From: Thermoplasmata archaeon
GTDB lineage: Archaea; Thermoplasmatota; Thermoplasmata; Lutacidiplasmatales; UBA184
Length of the DNA: 64,000 nt
Reading direction: 5' to 3'
Assembly (NCBI GenBank): GCA_022750055.1
Contig: JAKIWL010000002.1
Span: 409,729 to 473,728, forward strand
Each line of letters opens with the position of its first letter. Within the stretch, counting starts at the first letter, position 1. The notes beneath the pieces are model-generated. The model was given only the letters and a program-made list of their open reading frames with translations, was not told the DNA's origin and did no database searches. This document shows positions 7,969 through 16,992 of this stretch, in pieces. The position numbers and the translations under genes are program-made.

Positions 7969-10427
7969 TCCGCCTGCTCGGCCGGTGAAGGGAGCTGCGA
8001 GGCTCCTGAGGCCGAGCCACCCGAGCCTCTCGACCGGAGGTTCTCGATCTTCGACTTGAACTCCGATTCCATCTGGTCCACCCACCACTGCATTCCCATC
8101 GATGCGGCGAGCTGTACCGCCGCATGGTACTCCTGCCGGGCGAGGGAGGCCTCTCCCAACGCGGTGTAGACCTCCGTCAGGTAGGATCGCGCGAACACGA
8201 GCGAGTCCGACACCGGCAGTCGGCTGAGCACGAGCACGCTCCGCTCGGCGTGTTCTCGCGCCTGCCCGAGCTTGCCCTGTCGCAGTTCTCCGGCCGCCAG
8301 GGCCGCGAGAGTGTGCCCTAGGACCGTCTCGTTGCCGAGGCGTTCGGCAAGTCCGATCGCCTCCCGGGCGAACTCTCCGGCCTCCTCCCACTTGCCGGCC
8401 TCCATCGTCATCGCCACGAGTCCGCTCAGGGTGTAGATCAGCTCGTTGAGGTGTCCCTTCGCCTCGGTCTCGGCGCGGATCTGGCGCATCTCCAGGTCGG
8501 CCAGTTCGGGTTTCCCGGTCTCCTGGTAGGCCCGGGCGCGAACGAGCAGGAGGTTGAAGACGAGCTCCATCTGGCCCGACGCGCGCGCTTCGGGAAGGCC
8601 CTGTTCGACCATCCGGAGGGCGACCTCGTGCGCCCCGCCGATCGAGGCCTGTCGGGACCAACGAGCCAGGGCCTCGAGCGCCACCTCGGATTGACGGTCC
8701 TTTCGAGCCTGCTCAAAACACGTCTGGAACAGCTCCCGTGCCTTGGCGAGGTCCCCGCGAGCCTCCACGAGCCGGGCCTCGTAGAATTGGAACATCGACC
8801 GGAGCCGCTTCGTCGTCGGAGCGGACCGCCGGGCCTCGTCGAGGGTCGCTCGGGCGCTCTCTACCTGCTTGAGCCGGATCTGAAGGTCGGCGATCTTGAG
8901 CTGGCATTCGGCCCGGGTACGGCGGTCTTCGCCGGCATCCGTGCTAGCACGCCGTAGGAGCAGGATCGCCTCGGAGTATTCGGAATGGGTCCGCAGGAGC
9001 TCGGCCTGGACGCGCAGCGCCCTGAGGCGCCCCGGCCCGAGGGGCATGGCGAGGGTCATGTGGTTGAGGGCGTTTCGCAGGGCATCCGAGTAGCCGAGCG
9101 AGAGGATCTTGGTCTCCTCGCGAGAGAGGACCTCGGAGGCCGACCGCCAATCCTCCCCGGCCACGAGATGGAGGAACCGCTCCCGGACCATGTCGGATCG
9201 GTGGCTGCGCAGGTAGTACGAGGCGAGGGTGCGATGGGCCTCCAGGTCGAGCGGCCCGGCCCGGCTAACGATGGCCCGACGGATCGCCTCGAGAATCTCG
9301 ACACGGCCCTCCCCGGTCGGGTGCAGGATACCGATCCGGACCAGCTCGTCGAGCCGTTCGGGGCTCATCCGTCCGAATTCGGTCAGAAACGTCAGCGGAA
9401 GGGGGGCGTTGGCCAACGCGACCGGCAGTAGGTCGGCCAGCTCCGAGCTCGGCATCTTCGCGACCACCGCGTCGGGAAGGGTGGACGGCTTCGCCTCGAC
9501 GCCAGGATTCAGGACGGCGAGTTGGAGCATCAACGGGCTGCCGAGCGACGCCTGGTAGACGCTTTCGAAGCGGTCCGCGAGGCCGCCCTGTCGATCGGTC
9601 AGTTCGTGGGCGGAGGCGCGGTCGAGTCCCCCGATCTCCAAGCGCCGTATCTCCGATTCCCCGGCGATCATGAACGGGGGCTCCTGTCCCACCATGAAGA
9701 ACAGCGACTTTCCTTCGATCAGGAGTGCGGGAAAGAACTCCGAAAGGAAGCTTCTGAGGTCGGGACCGCCGAACTGGACGTCGTCGAGGACCCCGAGCAG
9801 ATGGTGGTCACGGAGGGCGCGGAGGACGAGGCTCGCGACCACCCGTCCGGTAGGCGGTCGGGGGACCTCGGCATAGTAGGCGAGCTGAGAGGCTCCCAAG
9901 GGGGCCAGCGCGTGGGCGATCGCCTCCAAGAAGTGTCGGGGAGACGACCCGGGCCGAACCGTGAACCAGAACGGAACCCTACCCCGTTTGAGACGCCACA
10001 CATGCTGAGCCACGAGGGCGGTCTTTCCCATGCCTGGGGCGCCCTGGACCCAGATCAGCGATTCCGGGTCGTCTGAAAACTCGGCGAGCCGGCGGAGCTC
10101 GTCGCGGCGTCCCATGAAGGGCCGGGGAGGAACGGGGAGTTCAGCCGGTAGCATCGGGACGTATCGGGCCTGTTTGTGGAGCACCTCCCGTCCGTCCGGG
10201 GTCAGTCGGTAGACGAGCTGTTTTCGGACCCCGCCGCGAACCAGCCCCCGGTGGGCCTCCAGTTGACGCTCGGACACGAGCGTCTGCAACGGCCTCGACA
10301 TCGAGCAGGGGTGGTAGCCGAGGGATTGGGCGAGTTCCCCCTGGGAGATCCCGAACGGCCCTTCGTCGGAAGTGTGGGTCCCGACGTAGTCGAGGATCTC
10401 GGTGTGGACGTAGGTCTTGACTGGCAC
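7959..10427 (-). CDS. wHTH-ATPase-TPR (STAND/MalT-like) transcriptional regulator
   Basis: N-terminal wHTH (GISQGELAQSLG...VYRLTPDG), FMGRRDEL pre-ATPase motif, Walker A GAPGMGKT, Walker B LLGVLDDVQ, GSPLML, C-terminal TPR-like helices; GTG 10427 chosen as start. Confidence 0.85.
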   Translation of the reverse strand: MPVKTYVHTEILDYVGTHTSDEGPFGISQGELAQSLGYHPCSMSRPLQTLVSERQLEAHRGLVRGGVRKQLVYRLTPDGREVLHKQARYVPMLPAELPVPPRPFMGRRDELRRLAEFSDDPESLIWVQGAPGMGKTALVAQHVWRLKRGRVPFWFTVRPGSSPRHFLEAIAHALAPLGASQLAYYAEVPRPPTGRVVASLVLRALRDHHLLGVLDDVQFGGPDLRSFLSEFFPALLIEGKSLFFMVGQEPPFMIAGESEIRRLEIGGLDRASAHELTDRQGGLADRFESVYQASLGSPLMLQLAVLNPGVEAKPSTLPDAVVAKMPSSELADLLPVALANAPLPLTFLTEFGRMSPERLDELVRIGILHPTGEGRVEILEAIRRAIVSRAGPLDLEAHRTLASYYLRSHRSDMVRERFLHLVAGEDWRSASEVLSREETKILSLGYSDALRNALNHMTLAMPLGPGRLRALRVQAELLRTHSEYSEAILLLRRASTDAGEDRRTRAECQLKIADLQIRLKQVESARATLDEARRSAPTTKRLRSMFQFYEARLVEARGDLAKARELFQTCFEQARKDRQSEVALEALARWSRQASIGGAHEVALRMVEQGLPEARASGQMELVFNLLLVRARAYQETGKPELADLEMRQIRAETEAKGHLNELIYTLSGLVAMTMEAGKWEEAGEFAREAIGLAERLGNETVLGHTLAALAAGELRQGKLGQAREHAERSVLVLSRLPVSDSLVFARSYLTEVYTALGEASLARQEYHAAVQLAASMGMQWWVDQMESEFKSKIENLRSRGSGGSASGASQLPSPAEQAEGG

Positions 10428-10460
10428 TGACTCGGGGTAGACCGTCCGGCTACTTATCCT

Positions 10461-10476
10461 TATTTTGTACAAAATA
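10461..10476. promoter_or_regulatory. Perfect 16-bp palindrome between divergent promoters (candidate operator)
   Basis: TATTTTGTACAAAATA, between an AT box for the regulator (~10451-10459, minus) and TTTATGTA (10487-10494, plus). Confidence 0.7.
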
Positions 10477-10520
10477 GCAGGCAGGGTTTATGTACGATGC
10501 CGGGAACTGAGTCCTTTGCA

Positions 10521-10790
10521 ATGACGCAACCGAGCGAATCGGGCAAGCCCGTCGGCGGCATCGGAACGATGCTGATGCAGTCCGACGTCTGCCCGGCGTG
10601 CGGGAAGGTCCACAACAGTCGATTGGTACGCTACCTGCCGTCGGTGGGTCAACTGATGGGCACCCCCACCGCCTATCCGACAAGCCCCGTCTCCACGGAA
10701 TCCGCTCGATCGCCCCGGGTTCGCGGCCGGAAGCCCTCGAACATGCCGTTGTTCTGGCCGATGCCCCAGTCCTCTGAGGGGTACCCATGA
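10521..10790 (+). CDS. Small hypothetical protein with CPACGKVH zinc-knuckle-like motif
   Basis: ATG ~27 nt after TATA; shares CPxCxKxHxxRLVRxL with next ORF; ATGA overlap with it. Confidence 0.65.
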   Translation: MTQPSESGKPVGGIGTMLMQSDVCPACGKVHNSRLVRYLPSVGQLMGTPTAYPTSPVSTESARSPRVRGRKPSNMPLFWPMPQSSEGYP

Positions 10791-11098
10791 GTCCGCCGGA
10801 GTCCCTGGCGAACGGCTGGAAGCTGCTCCCGAAGTTCGACATCGAGGGAGAGTCGACCCACACAGGCCGCAGCGGTCACACCGACTCCCTGTCGCTCCCG
10901 TGCCCGGTCTGCCGCAAGTCCCACGGCGCTCGGCTCGTCCGCAGCCTGGTCGTCTCCCCGATCACGCCGCCCCGCGAAACGATCCCGAAGGAGCCTCGGA
11001 TCGATTCCCGATACTACCCACCGGCCGTGCCCGTCCTCTCCCGGCAATCCAAGGGCCCGATCAACCTGTCGGCCCGTTGGTCGCTCTCGGTCGTCTAG
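10787..11098 (+). CDS. Small hypothetical protein with CPVCRKSH motif, paralogue of upstream ORF
   Basis: SD-like GAGGGG, ATGA coupling, CPVCRKSHGARLVRSL. Confidence 0.65.
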   Translation: MSPPESLANGWKLLPKFDIEGESTHTGRSGHTDSLSLPCPVCRKSHGARLVRSLVVSPITPPRETIPKEPRIDSRYYPPAVPVLSRQSKGPINLSARWSLSVV

Positions 11099-11109
11099 GA
11101 GGGGTTTGC

Positions 11110-11391
11110 ATGGTGGTGGATCGAGAGGTCGGCCGCGGAAGTCGGATCTCACCGCGCTGGCTCGATTCGCCCCGCGGCGAGGCGTTCCTCGTCTCGGTCG
11201 GCAAGCTGACCAAGGAGGAGGAGGCGGCGACGTGGCCCATGTGGCTCTCCCCGACCTCCTCGAGCGGTCCCGCGGTGAACCAAGGGATCTCGGGTGGGCG
11301 GCGACCGGCTCTCGGCAAGCGCAGCGCCCCGGCTCGAACTGACGATGACCCAAGGCTCCCGCCGGGGATCCCGGCCCCGACGGGAGCCTAG
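11110..11391 (+). CDS. Small hypothetical protein (93 aa)
   Basis: SD AGGAGGGG overlapping previous stop; ATG 11110; MVVDREVGRG...WPMWLSP. Confidence 0.5.
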   Translation: MVVDREVGRGSRISPRWLDSPRGEAFLVSVGKLTKEEEAATWPMWLSPTSSSGPAVNQGISGGRRPALGKRSAPARTDDDPRLPPGIPAPTGA

Positions 11392-11493
11392 AAACCCAGG
11401 GCGACGATGACGCCCGGATATCTCATCGAAGCCGATCCCAGGGCCGCAAACGAAAGATACTTCCAGGGGGGTTCCTCCGCCCTGGTATCGCTG

Positions 11494-11718
11494 ATGTCCG
11501 AGACCCGATGCGCGAACTGTGGAGGGTCGCTCGAACCCGGGTTCGTCTCCACCACGAACGGGTCGGGCCTTTTTTGGTCCCACGAGGCGAATTCGACCCG
11601 CCTTCGACCCAAGGGTCTCGAAGTCCTCGTCCCGACCGGATTCCAGGGGACCTACTCGGCGAACATCCCCGGGCTGCGCTGCGGGGCCTGCGCAACGATC
11701 CTGTTGCGCCTGAAATAG
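11494..11718 (+). CDS. Small zinc-ribbon protein (DUF6487-like)
   Basis: CANCGGSLEPGFV...LFW...RCGACATI pattern with two CxxC pairs. Confidence 0.7.
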   Translation: MSETRCANCGGSLEPGFVSTTNGSGLFWSHEANSTRLRPKGLEVLVPTGFQGTYSANIPGLRCGACATILLRLK

Positions 11719-11730
11719 GCCTCGGGCCCG

Positions 11731-13137
11731 TTAGGCGCCGGCCACGCTCAACGACCCTACCGAAAGGGCGGGGGCCGACAATTGACCCACCAGGGTCGGG
11801 CGGCCCCCTACTGCGCTCACCGACCGGAGTAGCGACGGCTCTCCGGGGGCCGCCAAGGCAACCCCTCCGACCGTTCCGCCTCGGACCGGGGTCGAGAGCT
11901 TTCCGTCCTTGACGAGGTACCCGAGGCGGATCTCCCCACCGAACGCGCCCGAGACCGGGTCGGGAAACGAGTAGCCAAGCTGGTCGACCCACAGGCCCTC
12001 TCCAAGGGCCTCGATCATCTCCTGGTCCGATCCCCCGTCGCCCGGGCCCAACACCATGGTCGAGGGACCGGGATTGGGCCGGATCATGAAATGGAACCAG
12101 GGGGACAGGGTCGCGGTGTCCCGGCGCCCACCCCCGGTGGACTGATCGCTGAGCGCACGGCCGTGGAGAACGTCGTAGATCGGTTCCCGGAACTCCCCGG
12201 ATTGGATCAGGGGCCGTTTGGCGTGAAGAACCCCTTCATCGTCCCACGGTGCGGAGGCGAGGCCGTACGGATAGAGCCCGTCATCCCAAAGGTCGATGTT
12301 GGCCCCCCCCACGGCCGACCCCTTCGGCGGCATCATTCCGCGAAGGGCGGCCTGACCGCCCAAGCGGAACCCGAGGGTCGCCGGCAAGATCTCGCTCAGG
12401 ACCTCAGGAGGGAGAAGCACCTGGCGTACCCCGGGCGGGGTGGGCGACGCGCTCCCTGCATCCCGGGCTTTCCGAGACCATTCGAGGCCCTGGGAAGCGA
12501 TGGCACGGTGGTCCAGGCAGCAGCTCCGCTGGTTGACCCAGTACTCCCCCGACCCGGGCCCTTCCGGTCCTGCGGTGGATCGGACGGCGAACTCGAGCTC
12601 GGCCGAGGTTCTCTGAAAGCTCGCCTTGGCCCCCGAGGAGTTCGCGAAGGTGACGTCGATGAGCGCGACTCGAAGCGACCCAAAGCTCGGACGGACGTCC
12701 TTGCGACCATCGAACGGAGCCAGGACCTCCGAGACGAACCGCTCGATGGACGCCTCCGGGCGCGCCCAGAGCTCCGGATCGGCACTGAGGACGGTGCCCG
12801 AGCTGGGTAAACTCCCAGGGAGCGAAACGTCCTTCGCCGGGAAGGAGGAGAATCGCGAGGCGATCGTGGCTTCCTCTATCGTCCGGGCGACCCCGGCCGT
12901 GGAAACGTCGGTCGACCCGGCGAACCCGACTCGTACGCCCCCGTTGTGGGGCGCGATCACCCGATACCCGTATCCCTCGAGCTGGATGGGCCCCCGCGTC
13001 ATCTCGACCTGGTCGCCGTTGATGTGGATCTCGAAACGACGGATCGCCTCCCCGTACACGTCCCAGGGCCCCGGGGCCCGGCGCACGCGGTCGGCCACTC
13101 GAAACGCGGTCTCGGCCGAGGAGAACGGGGCGGTCAC
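11731..13137 (-). CDS. pmbA: PmbA/TldE family metalloprotease modulator
   Basis: PWDDEG, DPVSGAFGG and YLVKDGKL motifs, no HExxxH; GTGA overlap with tldD. Confidence 0.82.
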   Translation of the reverse strand: MTAPFSSAETAFRVADRVRRAPGPWDVYGEAIRRFEIHINGDQVEMTRGPIQLEGYGYRVIAPHNGGVRVGFAGSTDVSTAGVARTIEEATIASRFSSFPAKDVSLPGSLPSSGTVLSADPELWARPEASIERFVSEVLAPFDGRKDVRPSFGSLRVALIDVTFANSSGAKASFQRTSAELEFAVRSTAGPEGPGSGEYWVNQRSCCLDHRAIASQGLEWSRKARDAGSASPTPPGVRQVLLPPEVLSEILPATLGFRLGGQAALRGMMPPKGSAVGGANIDLWDDGLYPYGLASAPWDDEGVLHAKRPLIQSGEFREPIYDVLHGRALSDQSTGGGRRDTATLSPWFHFMIRPNPGPSTMVLGPGDGGSDQEMIEALGEGLWVDQLGYSFPDPVSGAFGGEIRLGYLVKDGKLSTPVRGGTVGGVALAAPGEPSLLRSVSAVGGRPTLVGQLSAPALSVGSLSVAGA

Positions 13138-14528
13138 GCGGGCCCCACGATCGCTTCGGAGAGCAGGTACGGACCCCCGGTCCCGGTCGGAAGGAGGTCG
13201 GTGTGTCCCTTGCCGCAATATCCCGGGCTCATCTCGAAGTCCTCCTTCCGACTGACCCCTCGGATGGCGGTCAAGAATTCTAGCACACGGCCGGAGAGCG
13301 CCATGGAGGGACGGATCGGCCCGATCTCGCCGCCCCGGACGAGATGGCCCTTCTTCACCTTGATCTGCATGTTTCCTCCGAGCGGGTCCTCGATGCCGCT
13401 CGTGCAGGATTCGAGGATCACGCCATCGCGCATCTCCCGGACCATCTCCTCAAGGTGCATCGCCCCGGGTTCCACGAATGTATTCGTCATCCGGACGAAC
13501 GGGCGGCTCAGGAAGTCGGCCCGTCGGGTGTTCCCCGTGGCTCTTCGATGGAGCGCGGCGGCTGTCTCCCGGTCGTGGAGCGCCTCGATGAACTTTCCGT
13601 GATCGACTAGGACGGTCCTCCCGGAGGGATGGCCCTCATCATCGAAGAAGATCGAACCCCATCCCCCCGGGAGCGAACCATCGTCGACCAGCGTCAGGCT
13701 CTCGGGCCCGAGGACCTTTCCAAAGAGGGGCTTGAGGTACGAACGGTCCCGCAGCATCTGGTCGGCCTCAGCGCCGTGTCCGAACGATTCATGGGCGAAC
13801 GTGCCCGACGCGCTCGGGTCGAGCAGCACCTTCATCCGGCCGACGGGAGGCGAGGGAGCCTGAAGGAGCTCGACCGCCGCATGGGCGGCCCGGCTCACCC
13901 GTTCCGGAGTGATCTCTGCCAGGATCTCCGCCCCACCCATCCCCCCACGGCCCGTGAAGTCGTACTCCACCTTTCCATTCTCGATCGCCAGGGCGGCGAC
14001 GGCCCCCCGGGTCCGGTCGATGGTCTGGAGCGTCCGGGCCCCAGCCGTGGAGAGGAACAGTCGGATGTCGGTCCGCGATTGGATCGTCGCATACGCATTC
14101 CGAATGCCTTTCACTTCGGTCGCCCAGGCGAACCAGGTCTGAGCGAGTGCGACCCGTTCGGAGACCGGAACCTCACCCATGGGTTGTTGGGTCTTCGTCG
14201 AGGCCTCGCCGCGCTGAGTGGAGGACTCCCCCGGTGGGTCGGGGGCGCCGCCGGCGAACCCGAGATGTTGGATGAGGGAGTCGGCGGCCGTCGTGAGCGA
14301 ATCGGCCTCGAGTCCGCTCGCGCCCGCCTCGGTCCATCCCTTGGGTCCCCATGCCCGGAACATGGCCCCTCGAAACCCTGGAGAGGGCTCGACCACGGTC
14401 GCGGAGCGGTCGTACCGGACGAGGTGGCTGGTGGTCTCCTCGGCCATCACCTCCGCATAGGGCGCATGTCGTTCGATCCGGTGGAGGAGCCGGGCGAGGA
14501 GGTCGTCGACCTCAACGACTCCGGGCAT
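13134..14528 (-). CDS. tldD: TldD family metalloprotease
   Basis: HESFGHGAEAD zinc motif, FDDEG, VRMTNTF, CGKG; SD GGAGGGG. Confidence 0.92.
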   Translation of the reverse strand: MPGVVEVDDLLARLLHRIERHAPYAEVMAEETTSHLVRYDRSATVVEPSPGFRGAMFRAWGPKGWTEAGASGLEADSLTTAADSLIQHLGFAGGAPDPPGESSTQRGEASTKTQQPMGEVPVSERVALAQTWFAWATEVKGIRNAYATIQSRTDIRLFLSTAGARTLQTIDRTRGAVAALAIENGKVEYDFTGRGGMGGAEILAEITPERVSRAAHAAVELLQAPSPPVGRMKVLLDPSASGTFAHESFGHGAEADQMLRDRSYLKPLFGKVLGPESLTLVDDGSLPGGWGSIFFDDEGHPSGRTVLVDHGKFIEALHDRETAAALHRRATGNTRRADFLSRPFVRMTNTFVEPGAMHLEEMVREMRDGVILESCTSGIEDPLGGNMQIKVKKGHLVRGGEIGPIRPSMALSGRVLEFLTAIRGVSRKEDFEMSPGYCGKGHTDLLPTGTGGPYLLSEAIVGPA

Positions 14529-14558
14529 GTTGGTTCCCCCTCCGGCAACGCTCTGGGT

Positions 14559-15380
14559 TCAAGTAAGGCTCGCTCCGGTCGGAGACGACCCGCCAGGCCG
14601 CCTCGAGCGCGGCCGCTCGAGGAGGAGTCGGCGCGCTGTCGGTACCGGAGTGAACGAACGGATCACTCGGACCGTCGGGAACCCCGCTGGTCTTCGCCCA
14701 CGGCGGCGCAGCCAGACCGCGCCCAGCCCTGCGGAGACGGCCCCCAGCACGTCACTTCGCCAGCTATCGCCGACCATCGTGGACTCGGAAGCGGCCACCC
14801 CTGCCCGATGGAGAGCCGCCCGGAATATCGCTGGGTCGGGCTTCAGACAGCCCTCCTCCTCCGAGGTGACCATGAAGTCGATCCATCGGCCTAGCCCGAG
14901 AGCCGCGATCTTCTCTTGTTGCTCGGTCGTGTGATTGTTCGTCACCACACCCACGGTCACGGCGCCGTGGAGGCTCCGCAGGAGCGGAAGGGCCCCCCGG
15001 ACCGGCCGGCGTGCACTCTGGTAGGCCGCCCGGTACGTCGCCGACCACCGCTCTCCCGTATCGAAGTCTCCCGTCCCGCCGAGCCAAGCATCCAGCCGTC
15101 GAAACCTCGCGATTCGGGCCTCTGGGTGGGTCCGCGGCCCCCCTTCCCCCACCGGTTGGATGAGGTCGAGGAGCCGCTCGTACTCCCGGACGATCCGGGG
15201 AAAAGGAACCGACGACAGCCGCCGGTCGGTGGCCCGGAGCGCCCGCAGCCCTCCCACGAGAGAGCGAGTGTGGTCGAAGAGCGTATCGTCGAAATCGAAG
15301 AACAGCGCACGAATGGGTCCGTCCAGGGGGACGGCCCGCGAACTCGTCGAACTGTCCGTACGCGAACGGGCCCTGGGCAT
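14559..15380 (-). CDS. HAD family hydrolase (YjjG-like)
   Basis: FFDFDDTL motif I, VVTNN, KPDPAIF, VGDSWRSDV; start uncertain. Confidence 0.85.
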   Translation of the reverse strand: MPRARSRTDSSTSSRAVPLDGPIRALFFDFDDTLFDHTRSLVGGLRALRATDRRLSSVPFPRIVREYERLLDLIQPVGEGGPRTHPEARIARFRRLDAWLGGTGDFDTGERWSATYRAAYQSARRPVRGALPLLRSLHGAVTVGVVTNNHTTEQQEKIAALGLGRWIDFMVTSEEEGCLKPDPAIFRAALHRAGVAASESTMVGDSWRSDVLGAVSAGLGAVWLRRRGRRPAGFPTVRVIRSFTPVPTARRLLLERPRSRRPGGSSPTGASLT

Positions 15381-15504
15381 CGCCTCGGCGGGCCGAGCCG
15401 GGCGAATCGTAAAAGACCCCCGGACCCGCCGAGGGGACCCGGAAGTCCCCTCTTGGGACCTGGGCATCGATATAGCCCCAGCCGGTTCCTGGGGGTCGAC
15501 CATC

Positions 15505-15897
15505 GTGAGCGCGAAGGAACTCGACTTCGGTATCTCCGGCTTCGACCACGTCGACCTCCACGTGAAGGATCTCACCAAGGCCCGACGATTCTTCGTCGAG
15601 CAACTCAAGCTCGCCGTCATCGGGGAGGGACCCGACCATGCGTTCCTCCTCTTCGGGGACCAGGTCCTCGGCCTACGGACCGGCGAGGCGAGATCCGGGA
15701 CCGATGGGGTGGACCACATCGCCCTCCGCGTGGAGAGCTGGACGGGGCTTCGAACGCGCCTGAAGCGCGCCCGGCTCGAAGTGGTGAAAGAGAAAGAACG
15801 CGACGAGTCCCGCTCGCTCTACCTGAAGGGCCCCGACGGACTCTCCCTCGAGCTCGTGTGGAGGCCGGATCCGCACCGGCACCCGGTCCATCGCTGA
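15505..15897 (+). CDS. VOC/glyoxalase family protein
   Basis: FDHVDLHVKDL..ARRFF, GVDHIALRV, LYLKGPDGLSLEL. Confidence 0.85.
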   Translation: MSAKELDFGISGFDHVDLHVKDLTKARRFFVEQLKLAVIGEGPDHAFLLFGDQVLGLRTGEARSGTDGVDHIALRVESWTGLRTRLKRARLEVVKEKERDESRSLYLKGPDGLSLELVWRPDPHRHPVHR

Positions 15898-15909
15898 AGG
15901 GGTCCCGTT

Positions 15910-16866
15910 CTAGCGGCGGGCCGGCCGAGCGACCGCGCGAGGCGCGGTCGGGACGGGCGTGAGCCAGCTAGCGTACTTCGGCTCCTCTCCGTGAACGACC
16001 CGATAGAACACGTTCATGACCGCCTTCGTGACCGGACCTGGGGTTCCCTGCCCGATCGAGGAATGCCCGATCTCGCGGACGGGCGCGATCTCGGCGTACG
16101 TCCCCGAGAAGAACACCTCGTCGGCCGTGAGCAGCTCGTTGACCGAGATCGGCTTCTCGATCACTGGGTAGCCAAGGTCCGAGGCGATCTCCTGTACCGA
16201 GCGACGCGTGACCCCGAGGAGGATGTCCGACTCGAGCCCGGGCGTGTACAGCCGGTTCTCCCGGACCAGGAAGATGTTCTCCCCGGTGCCCTCGGCCACG
16301 AATCCCCGATGGTCGAGCAGGATCGCCTCTTCGTATCCGTCCTCGGCCGCGTCGATCCCGGCGAGGTAGCTGTTCAGGTAGTTCCCGGAGGCCTTCGCGA
16401 AGGACGGGATCGAGTCGGATTGGGGCTTTCGGAACGGGGAGATCTTCGCCCGCACCCCGGTCTCGGAGTTCGCCCCGAGGTACTTCTTGGCGGGGATGGC
16501 CGCGATGGCGAGGGAGACGCGCCCTTTCAGGTTCTTGACGCCGAGGGCCGGATCGCCTCGGTAGAGGATGGGCCGGATGTACGAGGGGGAGAAATCGTTC
16601 GCCGCCTGGGTCTCGACGATCGCGCGAGCGATCTCCTCCGCGGTGTACGGGCAGACCATACGATAGATGTGGGCCGAGGAGAGCATCCGGCGCACGTGGT
16701 CGGCCAATCGGAAGATCATCGTGCCTTTCGAGGTCGGGTAGGCCCGGATCCCCTCGAAGACGCCGACGCCATAGTGGAGCGAATGGGACAGCACGTGGAC
16801 GCGAGCGTTCGCGAAATCGACGAGCTCCCCGTCCATCCAGATCTTCTTTCCCTCGGTCGACATCAT
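15910..16866 (-). CDS. ilvE: Branched-chain amino acid aminotransferase
   Basis: SLHYGVGVFEGIRAY, AKASGNYLNS (PLP Lys), EGTGENIF, LLGVTR. Confidence 0.93.
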   Translation of the reverse strand: MMSTEGKKIWMDGELVDFANARVHVLSHSLHYGVGVFEGIRAYPTSKGTMIFRLADHVRRMLSSAHIYRMVCPYTAEEIARAIVETQAANDFSPSYIRPILYRGDPALGVKNLKGRVSLAIAAIPAKKYLGANSETGVRAKISPFRKPQSDSIPSFAKASGNYLNSYLAGIDAAEDGYEEAILLDHRGFVAEGTGENIFLVRENRLYTPGLESDILLGVTRRSVQEIASDLGYPVIEKPISVNELLTADEVFFSGTYAEIAPVREIGHSSIGQGTPGPVTKAVMNVFYRVVHGEEPKYASWLTPVPTAPRAVARPARR

Positions 16867-16992
16867 CGTCTTCCTCCTCGGGAGCCGGACGGCTCTCCGA
16901 GTCAGCGAACCGAACCGGGTATATCCTCTCATCGTAGTTCCGCCGACACGGCCGCGGCCCTCCGTCGGGTGGAGGGCCCTTCCGCCGGCCGG

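Noticed and set aside
7775-8059. 94-aa ORF across the AT-rich island
   Set aside because: Runs through promoter-like palindromes and overlaps the regulator end; the SD points to ATG 7888 in another frame
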